A stretch of 64,000 bases of DNA from an uncultured Candidatus Saccharibacteria bacterium (GTDB lineage: Bacteria > Patescibacteriota > Minisyncoccia > Minisyncoccales > CAYVNG01). Every line of letters starts with the position of its first letter. Positions within the stretch are counted from its first letter, which is position 1. The stretch is taken from assembly GCA_964452875.1 (NCBI GenBank), contig CAYVNG010000001.1, forward strand, positions 2,786 through 66,785, read 5' to 3'. Below, in pieces: positions 9,371 to 18,873 of this stretch. A program made the position numbers and the translations under genes. Below the pieces are notes generated by a model. The model saw nothing but the letters and a program-made list of their open reading frames with translations, had not been told where the DNA came from and ran no database searches.

Positions 9371-10899
9371 TGGCAAAAGAGATGCATAAAATTCTCGGTC
9401 AGGGTGTCGCCCCTTTGGGAGAGATCAAAGAGCTCATTTGCCGGTTGCCTTTGGCCGTCTGCGTCGTCGGGAGCTCTGGGGCGATTCTCGGAATCAACGA
9501 TGAGTTCAGCAAGCTTTCAGGATATGCAGCAGACGAGGCGGAGGGAAGGGATTTCAACGGCATTTTTTTTAATAAAAGCGAGTCAGGGCCGGCGGCCGAA
9601 AGAGGCGGGGGAAGCAGGGAATTCAGGCTGATCGCCAAAAACGGCGAGAGAATCCCCGTGAACGTTTTGATATCTCCTTTGTCCAAAAAAGAAGAAGATT
9701 CTTCGGCCAGCATAGCCATCTTGTACGACATCACCGACGCAAAAAAATCCCAGGAGCTCCTGGAAGAAAGGGTGGAGAGGAGGACCAAGGACTTGGAAGA
9801 ATCAAGGATGGCCCTGATGAACATGCTTGAAGACGTTGAGGAGGCGAAAAGGGTCGCAGAAGAGGAAAAGGACAGAACAATGGCCCTGATCTCCAACTTT
9901 ACGGACGGTCTTTTGTTTTTCGACAAGAAAGACCGGCTTACTCTGATAAACCCGAAGGCCCAGAGTCTTTTTTGCATAAAAGCGGGAAAGGTGGCGGGAA
10001 GGCATATGGCTGATTTGGGGAAGATGAAGGAGATGGAGCCTTTAAAAAAATTGCTCGGAGAAGACATTAAGGACGTCTCAAGGGAGGAATTGGCTCTCGG
10101 ACAGGATCTTATCGTGGAAGTGTCCACTATTTCGGTTCTAAAGCAGGGGGAGCAGACAGGGACGCTGGTCATCGTCCACGACGTCACCAGGGAAAAAATG
10201 GTGGAAAAGCTGAAAACGGAATTCGTTTCCCTTTCCGCCCATCAGCTGAGGACGCCCCTTTCAGCCATTAAATGGACCTTGAAGATGTTTTTAGAAGGGG
10301 ATATAGGCGAAATCACGGAAGAGCAGAAAGAGTATCTCGGGAAAACGTACCAGTCCAACGAGAGGATGATTGATCTGATTAACGACCTGCTGAATGTGAC
10401 CAGGATAGAAGAAGGGAGATATCTGTACAAACCAGAGCTGACAGACCCGACAGCAATCGTCCAGGACGTCGTAGACGCTTTGAGAGAGCAGATAAAGAAC
10501 AGAAAAATCAAATTCAGATTCGACAGGCCGAAAAAGGCCCTTCCTTTGATCAAGGCGGACGAGGAGAAGATAAAGCTGGTCGTGCACAACCTCCTGGACA
10601 ATGCTCTGGCTTACACCCCTTCTTTAAAGGAGATATCTGTTTTTCTTCATGAAGAGAAAGACGGCATAGAGTTCGGAGTCAAGGACAGCGGGATCGGCAT
10701 TCCCAAAGATCAGCAAGGGAGGATTTTCACGAAATTCTTCAGGGGAACCAACGCTATGAAAGTGGACACAGGAGGGACCGGGCTCGGTTTGTACATTTCG
10801 AAAAACATCGTCGAAGCCCACGGAGGCAATATTTGGTTCGAATCCAAAGAAGGGGAGGGGACGACCTTCTTTTTCAAGATTCCGAAAGCGAAGCCTTAG
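9370..10899 (+). CDS. PAS-domain sensor histidine kinase
   Basis: Two PAS-like regions, HisKA H-box SAHQLRTPLSAI, HATPase_c N/G boxes (GIGIPKDQQGRIF, GGTGLGLYISK). No TM segment of its own. Confidence 0.85.
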   Translation: MAKEMHKILGQGVAPLGEIKELICRLPLAVCVVGSSGAILGINDEFSKLSGYAADEAEGRDFNGIFFNKSESGPAAERGGGSREFRLIAKNGERIPVNVLISPLSKKEEDSSASIAILYDITDAKKSQELLEERVERRTKDLEESRMALMNMLEDVEEAKRVAEEEKDRTMALISNFTDGLLFFDKKDRLTLINPKAQSLFCIKAGKVAGRHMADLGKMKEMEPLKKLLGEDIKDVSREELALGQDLIVEVSTISVLKQGEQTGTLVIVHDVTREKMVEKLKTEFVSLSAHQLRTPLSAIKWTLKMFLEGDIGEITEEQKEYLGKTYQSNERMIDLINDLLNVTRIEEGRYLYKPELTDPTAIVQDVVDALREQIKNRKIKFRFDRPKKALPLIKADEEKIKLVVHNLLDNALAYTPSLKEISVFLHEEKDGIEFGVKDSGIGIPKDQQGRIFTKFFRGTNAMKVDTGGTGLGLYISKNIVEAHGGNIWFESKEGEGTTFFFKIPKAKP

Positions 10900-10951
10900 G
10901 GGCTTGAATGATTTCTGTCGAAATTGTAAAATAAGGTAAGAAGAAAACATT

Positions 10952-11323
10952 ATGGCAAAAAAGATACTAATCATCGAAGACGAGCAGATAATGGCAGATC
11001 TTCTTCAGAGGAAGCTTTCCGAAGAGGGATACGAGGTTTCCCTGGCCAGAGACGGGGAAGAAGGGCTTGCGAAAATGAGGGAAGTGAAGCCTGACCTGAT
11101 CCTGCTTGATATAATTATGCCCAAGATTGGCGGCATCGAAGTGCTTGAAGAAATGCAAAAAGAGCCTGATTTGAAAAAGATATCCGTGATCGTCATTTCT
11201 AATTCCGGTCAACCTGTTGAGCTGGACAAGGCCCAGAGGATGGGGGCGGAAGACTGGTTGGTCAAGACCGAGTTCGATCCAGCCGAAGTCATAGAAAAAG
11301 TTAAAAAGAATTTGTTGGAATAA
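10952..11323 (+). CDS. single-domain response regulator (CheY-like receiver)
   Basis: KILIIEDE, phospho-acceptor LLDIIMP, conserved downstream Ser/Thr and Lys positions; no output domain. Confidence 0.85.
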   Translation: MAKKILIIEDEQIMADLLQRKLSEEGYEVSLARDGEEGLAKMREVKPDLILLDIIMPKIGGIEVLEEMQKEPDLKKISVIVISNSGQPVELDKAQRMGAEDWLVKTEFDPAEVIEKVKKNLLE

Positions 11324-11373
11324 TAATTCTGTTCCGCAACGGGACCGTGCCTTCGCTGCGGGGCACCAGTATC

Positions 11374-11742
11374 ATGGCAAAAAAAATCTTAATTATCGAA
11401 GACGATAAGTTTCTCAGGGAGCTGATAGTGAAAAAGCTCAAAGACGAGAGCTACGATTTGATCGAGGCGGCGGACGGAGAGGAAGGGTTTGAAAAAATCG
11501 GCAAGGAACATCCAGATCTTGTTTTGCTGGATTTGATATTGCCGGGTATGGACGGATTCGAGGTTCTAGAAAAGGTGAAGGACGATGCTTCTTTGTCCTC
11601 TGTTCCTGTGATCATCCTGTCGAATCTCGGACAGCGAGAAGAGGTTGAAAGGGGATTGAAACTCGGTGCGGTCGATTATATGATCAAAGCCCACTTTACT
11701 CCGGGGGAAATAGTGGAAAAGATCAAAGAAATCTTGAAATAA
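11374..11742 (+). CDS. single-domain response regulator (CheY-like receiver), paralog of the upstream one
   Basis: MAKKILIIEDDKFLRE...LLDLILPGMDG...; tandem duplicate of the previous gene. Confidence 0.85.
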   Translation: MAKKILIIEDDKFLRELIVKKLKDESYDLIEAADGEEGFEKIGKEHPDLVLLDLILPGMDGFEVLEKVKDDASLSSVPVIILSNLGQREEVERGLKLGAVDYMIKAHFTPGEIVEKIKEILK

Positions 11743-11763
11743 AAAAGAAGAGTCAGTTCCAAT

Positions 11764-12663
11764 ATGCCAGAGCTTCCAGAAGTGGAAACAACAGTGAAGG
11801 GCCTGAAAAAAACAGTCCTCGGTCGAAAGATCGAGGATGTTTGGTCTGATACCCCGAAAATGACCCGTGTTTTCAAGAAAGGAGAGATGAAAAGCGATTT
11901 TCCCGGATTCAAAAATGAAGTGAAAGGGAAAAAAATTCTGAAGATAGGAAGAAGAGGAAAAAACATTCTTTTCTTTCTTTCTGAAGGGAAAATCCTGCTC
12001 GTTCATCTGAAGATGACTGGCCATTTTCTTTTTGGAAAATGGAGAATGGAGAATGGAAAACAAAAGTCCTTGTCAAAAGGACCTTTGACCGAAGATCCGA
12101 TGAACAGATTTATCAGGGCCGTCTTCTATCTCGGCAAAGAAAAACAGCTCGCCTTATGCGACCTGAGGAAATTTGCGAAGATGGAGCTTTGGGACGGAAA
12201 AGACCTTAAAAATTCAAAAGTGTTCAGTTCTTTGGGACCGGAGCCACTTTCCGCAGGTTTTACCTTCAAAAAGTTTAAAGATGTCTTGAAGAACAAGAAA
12301 GGAAGGATAAAACAGGTCTTGATGGACCAGACCGTTATAGCCGGGATAGGGAACATTTATTCTGACGAAGCGCTTTTTGCTGCGAAGATCCATCCCTTGA
12401 AAAGGACCTTTAGTTTGAAAGAAAAAGAGCTGGAAAGGATTTATTCTGCCGTCAAAAAGGTGCTGAAGCAAGGGCTAGACAAGAAAGGCGAGTCGTTCTC
12501 CGATTTCAGGACCGTTTCGGGCGAGAAAGGGGAATTCGACAGCTTCAGGCAGGTATACCGGAGGGAAGGGGATCCATGCTTCAAATGCAAAAAGCCGATA
12601 AAAAGGATAAAAATAGGGGGGAGGAGCTCTTGCTTCTGCCCAAAATGCCAGCCGGAGAGCTGA
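11764..12663 (+). CDS. mutM: formamidopyrimidine-DNA glycosylase (Fpg/Nei family)
   Basis: MPELPEVET N-terminal catalytic Pro/Glu; H2TH region; C-terminal zinc finger CFKCKKPI...CFCPKCQ. Confidence 0.85.
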   Translation: MPELPEVETTVKGLKKTVLGRKIEDVWSDTPKMTRVFKKGEMKSDFPGFKNEVKGKKILKIGRRGKNILFFLSEGKILLVHLKMTGHFLFGKWRMENGKQKSLSKGPLTEDPMNRFIRAVFYLGKEKQLALCDLRKFAKMELWDGKDLKNSKVFSSLGPEPLSAGFTFKKFKDVLKNKKGRIKQVLMDQTVIAGIGNIYSDEALFAAKIHPLKRTFSLKEKELERIYSAVKKVLKQGLDKKGESFSDFRTVSGEKGEFDSFRQVYRREGDPCFKCKKPIKRIKIGGRSSCFCPKCQPES

Positions 12664-12670
12664 GAATCAT

Positions 12671-13588
12671 ATGCTGATCATTCTCTATGGGAAAGACGTA
12701 TACCGGATTAAAAGGGAGCTGAAAAAAATAATCAGCAAATCGGCTTTGAAAAAAGAAGCGCTTTTCTTCAGCAATGAAAATTTTTCCTTTGACGACTTTC
12801 GCAGGGAAATCGGCCAGACATCCATATTTTTTTCGAAGAAAGCGATAATTCTCGAAAACGTCTTGAAAAATGAAGAATCAGCCGGGAAAATAAAGAAGAT
12901 GGTGAAGGAAATGGCAGCTTCTGAAAGCCTTTTCGTCTTTTCCGAAGAAGGAGGGATGGAAGCAAGGATGGCGGATTTTTTCAAAAAATACGGGGAGGTT
13001 GAAAAAATAGACGCGCTCGAAGGAGTGAATCTCGGCAAATGGGTGGAAAAAGAGCTGATCGGCAGCCAGACTAAAATCGAGCCTTCGGCCTTGGCCGAGC
13101 TGATAGTACGTACGGGCAGCGACTTGTGGCGGATAGAAAACGAGGTTGAAAAGCTCAAAGCTTACAAAAAAAGCCAGCCGATTCTGAAAAAAGACGTGGA
13201 AGATCTGGTCCACCAGAAGGCGGAAGCGGATATTTTCGAAACCATCGACGCCCTGTCCGTCAGGGATAAAAAGAGGGCTTTGAAATTAATTCATCTTCAT
13301 CTTGAAAAAGGGGATTCTCCCTTTTATCTTCTGTCGATGATCAATTACCAGTTCAGGAACATCCTCGAGGTGAAAGATCTGGCCGAACAAGGAATGCCCT
13401 ATCCTTTGATGGCCAACGAAACGGGCATGAAACCATATCCATTTAAAAAGAGTTTTGAACTTTCTAAAAGGTTTTCGCTGGAAGAACTGAAAAAAATCTA
13501 TCGGAAGCTTTTTCAGATAGACTTCAAGATCAAAAGAGGGGAGATCGATCCGAAAACCGCTCTTGATTTTTTGGTCGCCGAAATTTAG
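12671..13588 (+). CDS. holA: DNA polymerase III delta subunit
   Basis: MLIILYGKDVYRIKRELKKI N-terminus; length and AAA+-like fold pattern of HolA. Confidence 0.6.
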   Translation: MLIILYGKDVYRIKRELKKIISKSALKKEALFFSNENFSFDDFRREIGQTSIFFSKKAIILENVLKNEESAGKIKKMVKEMAASESLFVFSEEGGMEARMADFFKKYGEVEKIDALEGVNLGKWVEKELIGSQTKIEPSALAELIVRTGSDLWRIENEVEKLKAYKKSQPILKKDVEDLVHQKAEADIFETIDALSVRDKKRALKLIHLHLEKGDSPFYLLSMINYQFRNILEVKDLAEQGMPYPLMANETGMKPYPFKKSFELSKRFSLEELKKIYRKLFQIDFKIKRGEIDPKTALDFLVAEI

Positions 13589-13845
13589 CGGATTTTGAGA
13601 GATTTCGCTATCCTTGACTTGTTTCTCGAAGCGGTGTTTTTTTTGATCAGGCCGTTTTTGGCGGCTTTGTCCAGCGATTTGTATATCTCAGGAAGAAGGT
13701 CTTTTGCTTCCTTCATCTTGCCCCCGGAAATCAAAACCTTCGCTTTTTTGAGAAGCTCTCTCATATTCGTCCTTTGGGACGCATTCCTTTTTTTTCTCCT
13801 TCCGCTCTGGCGGATCGCTTTTTTGGCTGCTTTTGTAATTGGCAT
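13585..13845 (-). CDS. rpsT: 30S ribosomal protein S20
   Basis: MPITKAAKKAIRQSGRRKKRNASQRT..., basic 86-aa S20. Confidence 0.9.
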   Translation of the reverse strand: MPITKAAKKAIRQSGRRKKRNASQRTNMRELLKKAKVLISGGKMKEAKDLLPEIYKSLDKAAKNGLIKKNTASRNKSRIAKSLKIR

Positions 13846-13879
13846 ATTATGTCCAATATATCAAAGATGTCGGGAAAAA

Positions 13880-15901
13880 TCAACTCTTTCCGCCTTTTTC
13901 CATCTTTTTAATGATGTCTCTTATCACCGCCGCCCTTTCAAAATCCAATATACCGGCGGCAGCCTTCATCTCCTTTTCCAGCAGTTTTACGTCCTTTATG
14001 AAGCCCATCTCGAGGGCAACCTGCTTTTCCTTTGAAGCGAATGACCATTCTCTTATTTCCTTTGAAACAGCCTTCGGCGTTATCTTATTTTCCTTGTTGT
14101 ACCTTTCCTGGATTTTTCTTCTTCGCGAGACTTCGGAAATGGCTTTTTGCATGGATTCGGTGGTTTTGTCGGCATACATTATCGCCTTTCCTTCTTTGTG
14201 CCTGGCTGCTCTTCCCATTGTCTGAATGAGGGTTGTTTCATTCCTCAGGAATCCCTCTTTATCTGCGTCAAGAATGGCGACCAGTGAGACTTCCGGCAGA
14301 TCCAGTCCCTCCCTTAAAAGGTTTATCCCGACCAGGACGTCGTATTCTCCCTTTCTCAACTCGGCCAGTATTCCCGGCCTTTCCAAAGTCTTAATCTCCG
14401 AATGGAGCCATTTGGTCTTGATTCCCTGTTCAACCAAATGGTCTGACAGGGCTTCAGCCAGCTTTTTGGTCAGGGTGATGACCAGGGTTTTCTGATTTTT
14501 TTCGATCCTTTTTTTAATTTCTTCTGCGAGGTCATCCATCTGTCTTTCCGTTTTCCTCACCTCGATAGAAGGTTCAAGCAATCCAGTGGGCCTGACCAGT
14601 TGTTCGACTATGTAGTTTTTCGCGTTTTCCTTTTCCGTTTCTTCGATGAAGTCCCCGGTTTCGAATTTCCCCGGGGTGGCCGAAACGCAGACGGTCTGGG
14701 ATATTTTTTCTTTAAATTCGTCGAAAGTCAGAGGCCTGTTGTCTATGGCTGACGGGAGGCGGAACCCGTGTTCGATCAATACCTGCTTTCTTGCCCTGTC
14801 CTGGATTGCCATCGCCCTTATCTGGGAAATAGTGAGATGGGATTCGTCTATGAAGGTCAAAAAATCCCTTTTCCCTTCCAGAGCAGGGAAGTATTCCAAC
14901 AGGGAATATGGGGGTTGACCCGGTTTTCTGAATTCAAGGTGCCGGGAATAGTTTTCCACTCCATGACAATATCCGGTTTCCTTCAAAAGCTCCAGATCGT
15001 AGTTAGTCCTCTCCTCGAGCCTCTGAGCTTCCAGTAGCTTCCCGTTTTTTTTCAGGTATTCCAGCCTTTCTTCAAGTTCATTCCTGATGTTCTCTGCGGC
15101 GATGTCTATCTCTCCCTGGGGGGTGACCCAGAAAGTGGCTGGAAAAACGCGGCAGCTCGGCTGCGCTTTTTCCGATTCATGGTCAAAGGAAGCAGAGAAG
15201 GAGGATATCTTTTCGATCCTGTCCTGCCAGAGTTCTATCCTCAAAATTTCCTTTCCCGTCACCAGATGGATGTCGATGATGCTTCCCCTGGCCCTGAAGT
15301 CTCCCGGCCCGAATTCAATGTCGTTTCTTTTATATTGGAGGGCGGACAAAGAGAAAAGAAGCCTTTTTCTTTCCATTTTCTGGCCCGTTTTCAGCTCTAG
15401 AGATATCTGTTTGTAATATTCAGGCGAGCCTATATTGTAGATGCAAGACACGGAAGCCACCACGATAGCGTCCTTTCTCGTCAAAAGGTCCTGGATGGCA
15501 GCATGCCTGAGCTGGTCGATGGTTTCGTTGATCTTCGAATCCTTCTCTATATAAGTGTCTGTCTGGGGGATATAGGCTTCCGGCTGGTAGTAGTCGTAAT
15601 AGCTTACGAAATAATGGACGGCGTTGTCAGGGAAAAAATCCTTGAATTCCTGAAAAAGCTGGGCACAAAGGGTTTTATTCGGGCTTATAACCAGGGCGGG
15701 CCTTTGGCATCTTTCAATGACTTTGGCCATTGTCATCGTCTTCCCGGACCCGGTTACTCCGAGCAAGACCTGCCTTTTCACACCTCTTTCGATGTTTTTG
15801 ACAAGCTTTTCTATGGCCTGGGGCTGGTCTCCGGTCGGGTTAAAGCGAGATTTCAGATTGAACATACACCATATTTTAAAACGGAACTCGGTTTTTTTCA
15901 A
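13880..15901 (-). CDS. uvrB: excinuclease ABC subunit B
   Basis: [14 protein letters not shown], Walker A GVTGSGKT, helicase motifs, C-terminal UVR domain ([16 protein letters not shown]). True start is probably the internal MFNLKSRF (about 15865). Confidence 0.95.
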   Translation of the reverse strand: MKKTEFRFKIWCMFNLKSRFNPTGDQPQAIEKLVKNIERGVKRQVLLGVTGSGKTMTMAKVIERCQRPALVISPNKTLCAQLFQEFKDFFPDNAVHYFVSYYDYYQPEAYIPQTDTYIEKDSKINETIDQLRHAAIQDLLTRKDAIVVASVSCIYNIGSPEYYKQISLELKTGQKMERKRLLFSLSALQYKRNDIEFGPGDFRARGSIIDIHLVTGKEILRIELWQDRIEKISSFSASFDHESEKAQPSCRVFPATFWVTPQGEIDIAAENIRNELEERLEYLKKNGKLLEAQRLEERTNYDLELLKETGYCHGVENYSRHLEFRKPGQPPYSLLEYFPALEGKRDFLTFIDESHLTISQIRAMAIQDRARKQVLIEHGFRLPSAIDNRPLTFDEFKEKISQTVCVSATPGKFETGDFIEETEKENAKNYIVEQLVRPTGLLEPSIEVRKTERQMDDLAEEIKKRIEKNQKTLVITLTKKLAEALSDHLVEQGIKTKWLHSEIKTLERPGILAELRKGEYDVLVGINLLREGLDLPEVSLVAILDADKEGFLRNETTLIQTMGRAARHKEGKAIMYADKTTESMQKAISEVSRRRKIQERYNKENKITPKAVSKEIREWSFASKEKQVALEMGFIKDVKLLEKEMKAAAGILDFERAAVIRDIIKKMEKGGKS

Positions 15902-15937
15902 GTTTAACGTTTCCGTCTTTTAGTGTAGAATAACCTA

Positions 15938-16498
15938 ATGATCCACTACATCAGAGGAAAAATTGTTTTTAAGGAGGAGAAATTCGTTGTCATTGAAAAC
16001 GGGGGAATCGGATACAAAATCAACTGTTCTTCTGCGGTGCGAGAAAAGATGCCGGACCAGGGGGAAATCAAGATTTTCACCTATCTTTTCCCAAAGGAAG
16101 GAAGCATAGAGCTCTACGGCTTTTTGGCTGAAGAAGAGCTTGAGCTGTTCGAAATACTTAACGAAATCTCAGGAATCGGCCCCAGGACCGCCCTTGATCT
16201 TTCCGTGTTCGGAAGCTTAGAGAAATTGAAAGAGGTTATGGAGAAAGGGGAGCTTGAACACAAAGTGAAAGGAGTCGGCAAGAAGAAAGCCCAGAAGATC
16301 GTCTTGGAACTGACAGGGAAGATAAAAGAATCCAGCCCGGCTCTTAATAAAGACCTTCCCAGCGAAGCCCTGGACGCGCTGGTTTCACTGGGATTCCCGA
16401 AACAAAGGGCATTGCAGGCCTTGAAGGAAACACCTGCCAATTTGGAAAAGACAGAAGAAAAAGTGAAAGAAGCCCTCAAAATATTGGGGAGGAGGTAA
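15938..16498 (+). CDS. ruvA: Holliday junction DNA helicase RuvA
   Basis: MIHYIRGKIV..., HhH pairs (ISGIGPRTALDL, GVGKKKAQKIVLEL) and a C-terminal domain III. It is encoded apart from ruvB and ruvC. Confidence 0.9.
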   Translation: MIHYIRGKIVFKEEKFVVIENGGIGYKINCSSAVREKMPDQGEIKIFTYLFPKEGSIELYGFLAEEELELFEILNEISGIGPRTALDLSVFGSLEKLKEVMEKGELEHKVKGVGKKKAQKIVLELTGKIKESSPALNKDLPSEALDALVSLGFPKQRALQALKETPANLEKTEEKVKEALKILGRR

Positions 16499-16503
16499 CC
16501 ATC

Positions 16504-17688
16504 ATGAAATCGTTGCTCAGAAAAATCGTTCCCAAGTTTTTGATAGGATGGTATCATCTTCTCCTCGCTTTTGCAGGGGCTTTTTTTTGCGGTTTTCCCT
16601 CGAGAAAGCTTTTGGTGGTGGGGGTGACCGGGACCAACGGGAAATCCACGACCGTGGATCTAATATCAAGGATACTTGAAGCTTCAGGCCGGAAAACGGC
16701 TTCTGCTTCTTCCATCCGCTTCAAGATAGGAAGGGAGGAGGAGCCCAACACCCTGAAAATGACCATGCCCGGGCGATTCAAATTGCAGAAATTTTTGAAA
16801 AAAGCGGTTGGCCAGGGCTGCTCCTGCGCCGTGTTGGAAGTGACTTCAGAGGGGATAAGGCAATCCCGCCACAGGTTCATTGATTTTGAAGCGGTTGTTT
16901 TCACCAATCTCAGCCCGGAGCACATCGAAAGCCACGGCGGATTTGAAAACTACAAGAAGGCGAAAGGGGCTCTTTTCTCGGTTTGCAAAAAAATCCATGT
17001 CGTAAACCTGGATGACCAGAATGCCGGGTATTTTTGGGATTTTCCGGCGGAAAAAAAGGAAGGCTACGGTATCAAGGATCTGCAGAAATACAATCCTTTT
17101 GATTTGAAACTGCCAGGGGAGTTTAATACATACAACGCGCTGGCTGCATTAGCAACTGGATCCGTCCTGGGGCTGGATCCAGAAACATGCAAGAAAGCCT
17201 TGCAAGAAGTTACGTTGATCCCGGGCCGGATGGAAACAGTCGTCTCAAATCCATTCAAAGTCGTCGTTGATTACGCCCACACTCCCGATTCTTTGGAAAA
17301 AGTATATGGAACGCTGAAAAAGGAAGGCAGCAGGTTGATCTGCGTCCTGGGGTCTTGCGGAGGAGGGCGAGACAAATGGAAGAGGCCCAGGATGGGGGAT
17401 ATAGCAGCTTCATTTTGTGACAAGATAATATTGACGAACGAAGACCCTTACGACGAACCTCCGATGGAGATAATTGAAGACATAGAAAAGGGAATCTCCA
17501 ATTTTTCTGAGCTTAAAAAGGTCTTGGACAGGAGGAAAGCTATAGCGGAAGCCTTGTCTTCAGCCCGGAATAATGATACGGTCGTTGTAACGGGTAAAGG
17601 GTCTGAGATGTGGATGTGCATCGCAAAAGGAAAGAAGATCCCTTGGAGCGATAGGGAAATAATTTTGGAAGAAATGAAAAAAATATGA
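16504..17688 (+). CDS. Mur ligase family protein (MurE-like middle and C-terminal domains, short N-terminus)
   Basis: P-loop VVGVTGTNGKSTT; DYAHTPDSLEKVY and GSCGGGRDKWKRPRMG as in MurE/MurF. 394 aa, so it lacks the usual N-terminal domain and lies outside any dcw cluster. Confidence 0.6.
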   Translation: MKSLLRKIVPKFLIGWYHLLLAFAGAFFCGFPSRKLLVVGVTGTNGKSTTVDLISRILEASGRKTASASSIRFKIGREEEPNTLKMTMPGRFKLQKFLKKAVGQGCSCAVLEVTSEGIRQSRHRFIDFEAVVFTNLSPEHIESHGGFENYKKAKGALFSVCKKIHVVNLDDQNAGYFWDFPAEKKEGYGIKDLQKYNPFDLKLPGEFNTYNALAALATGSVLGLDPETCKKALQEVTLIPGRMETVVSNPFKVVVDYAHTPDSLEKVYGTLKKEGSRLICVLGSCGGGRDKWKRPRMGDIAASFCDKIILTNEDPYDEPPMEIIEDIEKGISNFSELKKVLDRRKAIAEALSSARNNDTVVVTGKGSEMWMCIAKGKKIPWSDREIILEEMKKI

Positions 17689-17834
17689 AAAGGATACCCA
17701 GAAGCGTCAAAAAGCAGTTGAGGAAAAAGAAGGCCCAAATAAGGCAGGAAATTTTTGGAGAAGGAGACCAAAGGAAGGCCATATTTAGGCTTTACGATTT
17801 TTTAGGCAAGAAAGATGAAGAGCAAAAAGTTTGA
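17685..17834 (+). CDS. possible small basic protein (49 aa)
   Basis: MKRIPRSVKKQLRKKKAQIRQEIFGEGDQRKAIFRLYDFLGKKDEEQKV. ATG overlaps the Mur-ligase stop (ATGA). Below the ORF-track length cutoff. Confidence 0.25.
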   Translation: MKRIPRSVKKQLRKKKAQIRQEIFGEGDQRKAIFRLYDFLGKKDEEQKV

Positions 17835-17860
17835 GGAAAATCTGCTGATTGTAAAATGCA

Positions 17861-18808
17861 ATGAAAACTAAAGAGATTTTCGACCTTGCTATAAAAATGG
17901 GGATCGAGTCCGATTTCAGGACCGAAGAAGGGGTTGGGAAGTTTTTGGCGAGGAAAAAGAAGGAATATGACAGCCTTCCTGACAAAAAGAAGAATGAGTT
18001 CGACAAGGAAGCCCTTGAAAATCCTTATCTTGATTCCCGCATTTACAATATTTCCCAGGACAAAGACGTCAAAAGAGTGCTGGTAGGAGTTGATATCGAG
18101 CCTGCCGAAGTGTTGATGGCGAAAGATCTGGGAGGCATTGATTTGGTCATAGCCCATCACCCGATAGGGAAGGGATTGGCCCATTTGGCTGACGTCATGG
18201 AACTGCAGTGCGACGTTCTGAACCTTTACGGCGTGCCCATAAACATCGCCGAGGGGCTGATGAGAGAAAAGATCAGGGAGGTCTCAAGGGGAGTCAACTG
18301 CCTGAATCACGAAAGGACGGTGGATGCGGCCAGGCTTTTGGGGATCAATTTGATTAATTCGCATACTCCGTGCGACAACCTGGCAGCGAAGTTTCTGAAA
18401 GACGCTGTCGAAAACGAGAATTTAGAAAGGATAGGAGATGTTTTGGATCTCCTCAAAAAAATCCCTGAGTACAAAAAAGCCGGGGAAATAGGGGCAGGGC
18501 CCAAGATTTTCGTAGGGGAGGAGGAGAACAGGTGCGGGAAAATCGCCTTGACCGAAATCACAGGAGGGACGGAAGGATCCTCGAAGCTTTACGAAAAAAT
18601 GGCTCAGGCCGGGATAGGCACGGTCATCGGCATGCACGTTTCAGAAGAACACAAGAAGGAAGCGGAAGCGGCTAACATCAACGTGGTGATAGCCGGCCAC
18701 ATGTCTTCTGATTCTTTGGGGATAAACCTGTTTTTGGACAAGCTCCAAGGAAAAGGAGTGGAAATAGTGCCTTGCTCCGGGCTTATAAGGATTTCCAGGA
18801 ACTCCTAG
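17861..18808 (+). CDS. NIF3 (YqfO/YbgI) family dinuclear-metal-centre protein
   Basis: DLVIAHHP motif, C-terminal VIAGHMSSDSLG; typical NIF3 size. Confidence 0.8.
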   Translation: MKTKEIFDLAIKMGIESDFRTEEGVGKFLARKKKEYDSLPDKKKNEFDKEALENPYLDSRIYNISQDKDVKRVLVGVDIEPAEVLMAKDLGGIDLVIAHHPIGKGLAHLADVMELQCDVLNLYGVPINIAEGLMREKIREVSRGVNCLNHERTVDAARLLGINLINSHTPCDNLAAKFLKDAVENENLERIGDVLDLLKKIPEYKKAGEIGAGPKIFVGEEENRCGKIALTEITGGTEGSSKLYEKMAQAGIGTVIGMHVSEEHKKEAEAANINVVIAGHMSSDSLGINLFLDKLQGKGVEIVPCSGLIRISRNS

Positions 18809-18823
18809 GATATTTTTATTATT

Positions 18824-18860
18824 CTTTTAATCGGCATAAGTCAACCTTATGCCTTTTGTG
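18824..18860 (+). terminator. rho-independent terminator after the NIF3 gene
   Basis: ggcataag-tcaac-cttatgcc (8-bp stem) followed by ttttgtg. Confidence 0.6.
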
Positions 18861-18873
18861 ATAAAATGAAGAT

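Noticed and set aside
11324-11373. Hairpin ccgcaacgg..ccttcgctgcgg between the two response-regulator genes
   Set aside because: Imperfect stem with no U-tract; not a convincing terminator.
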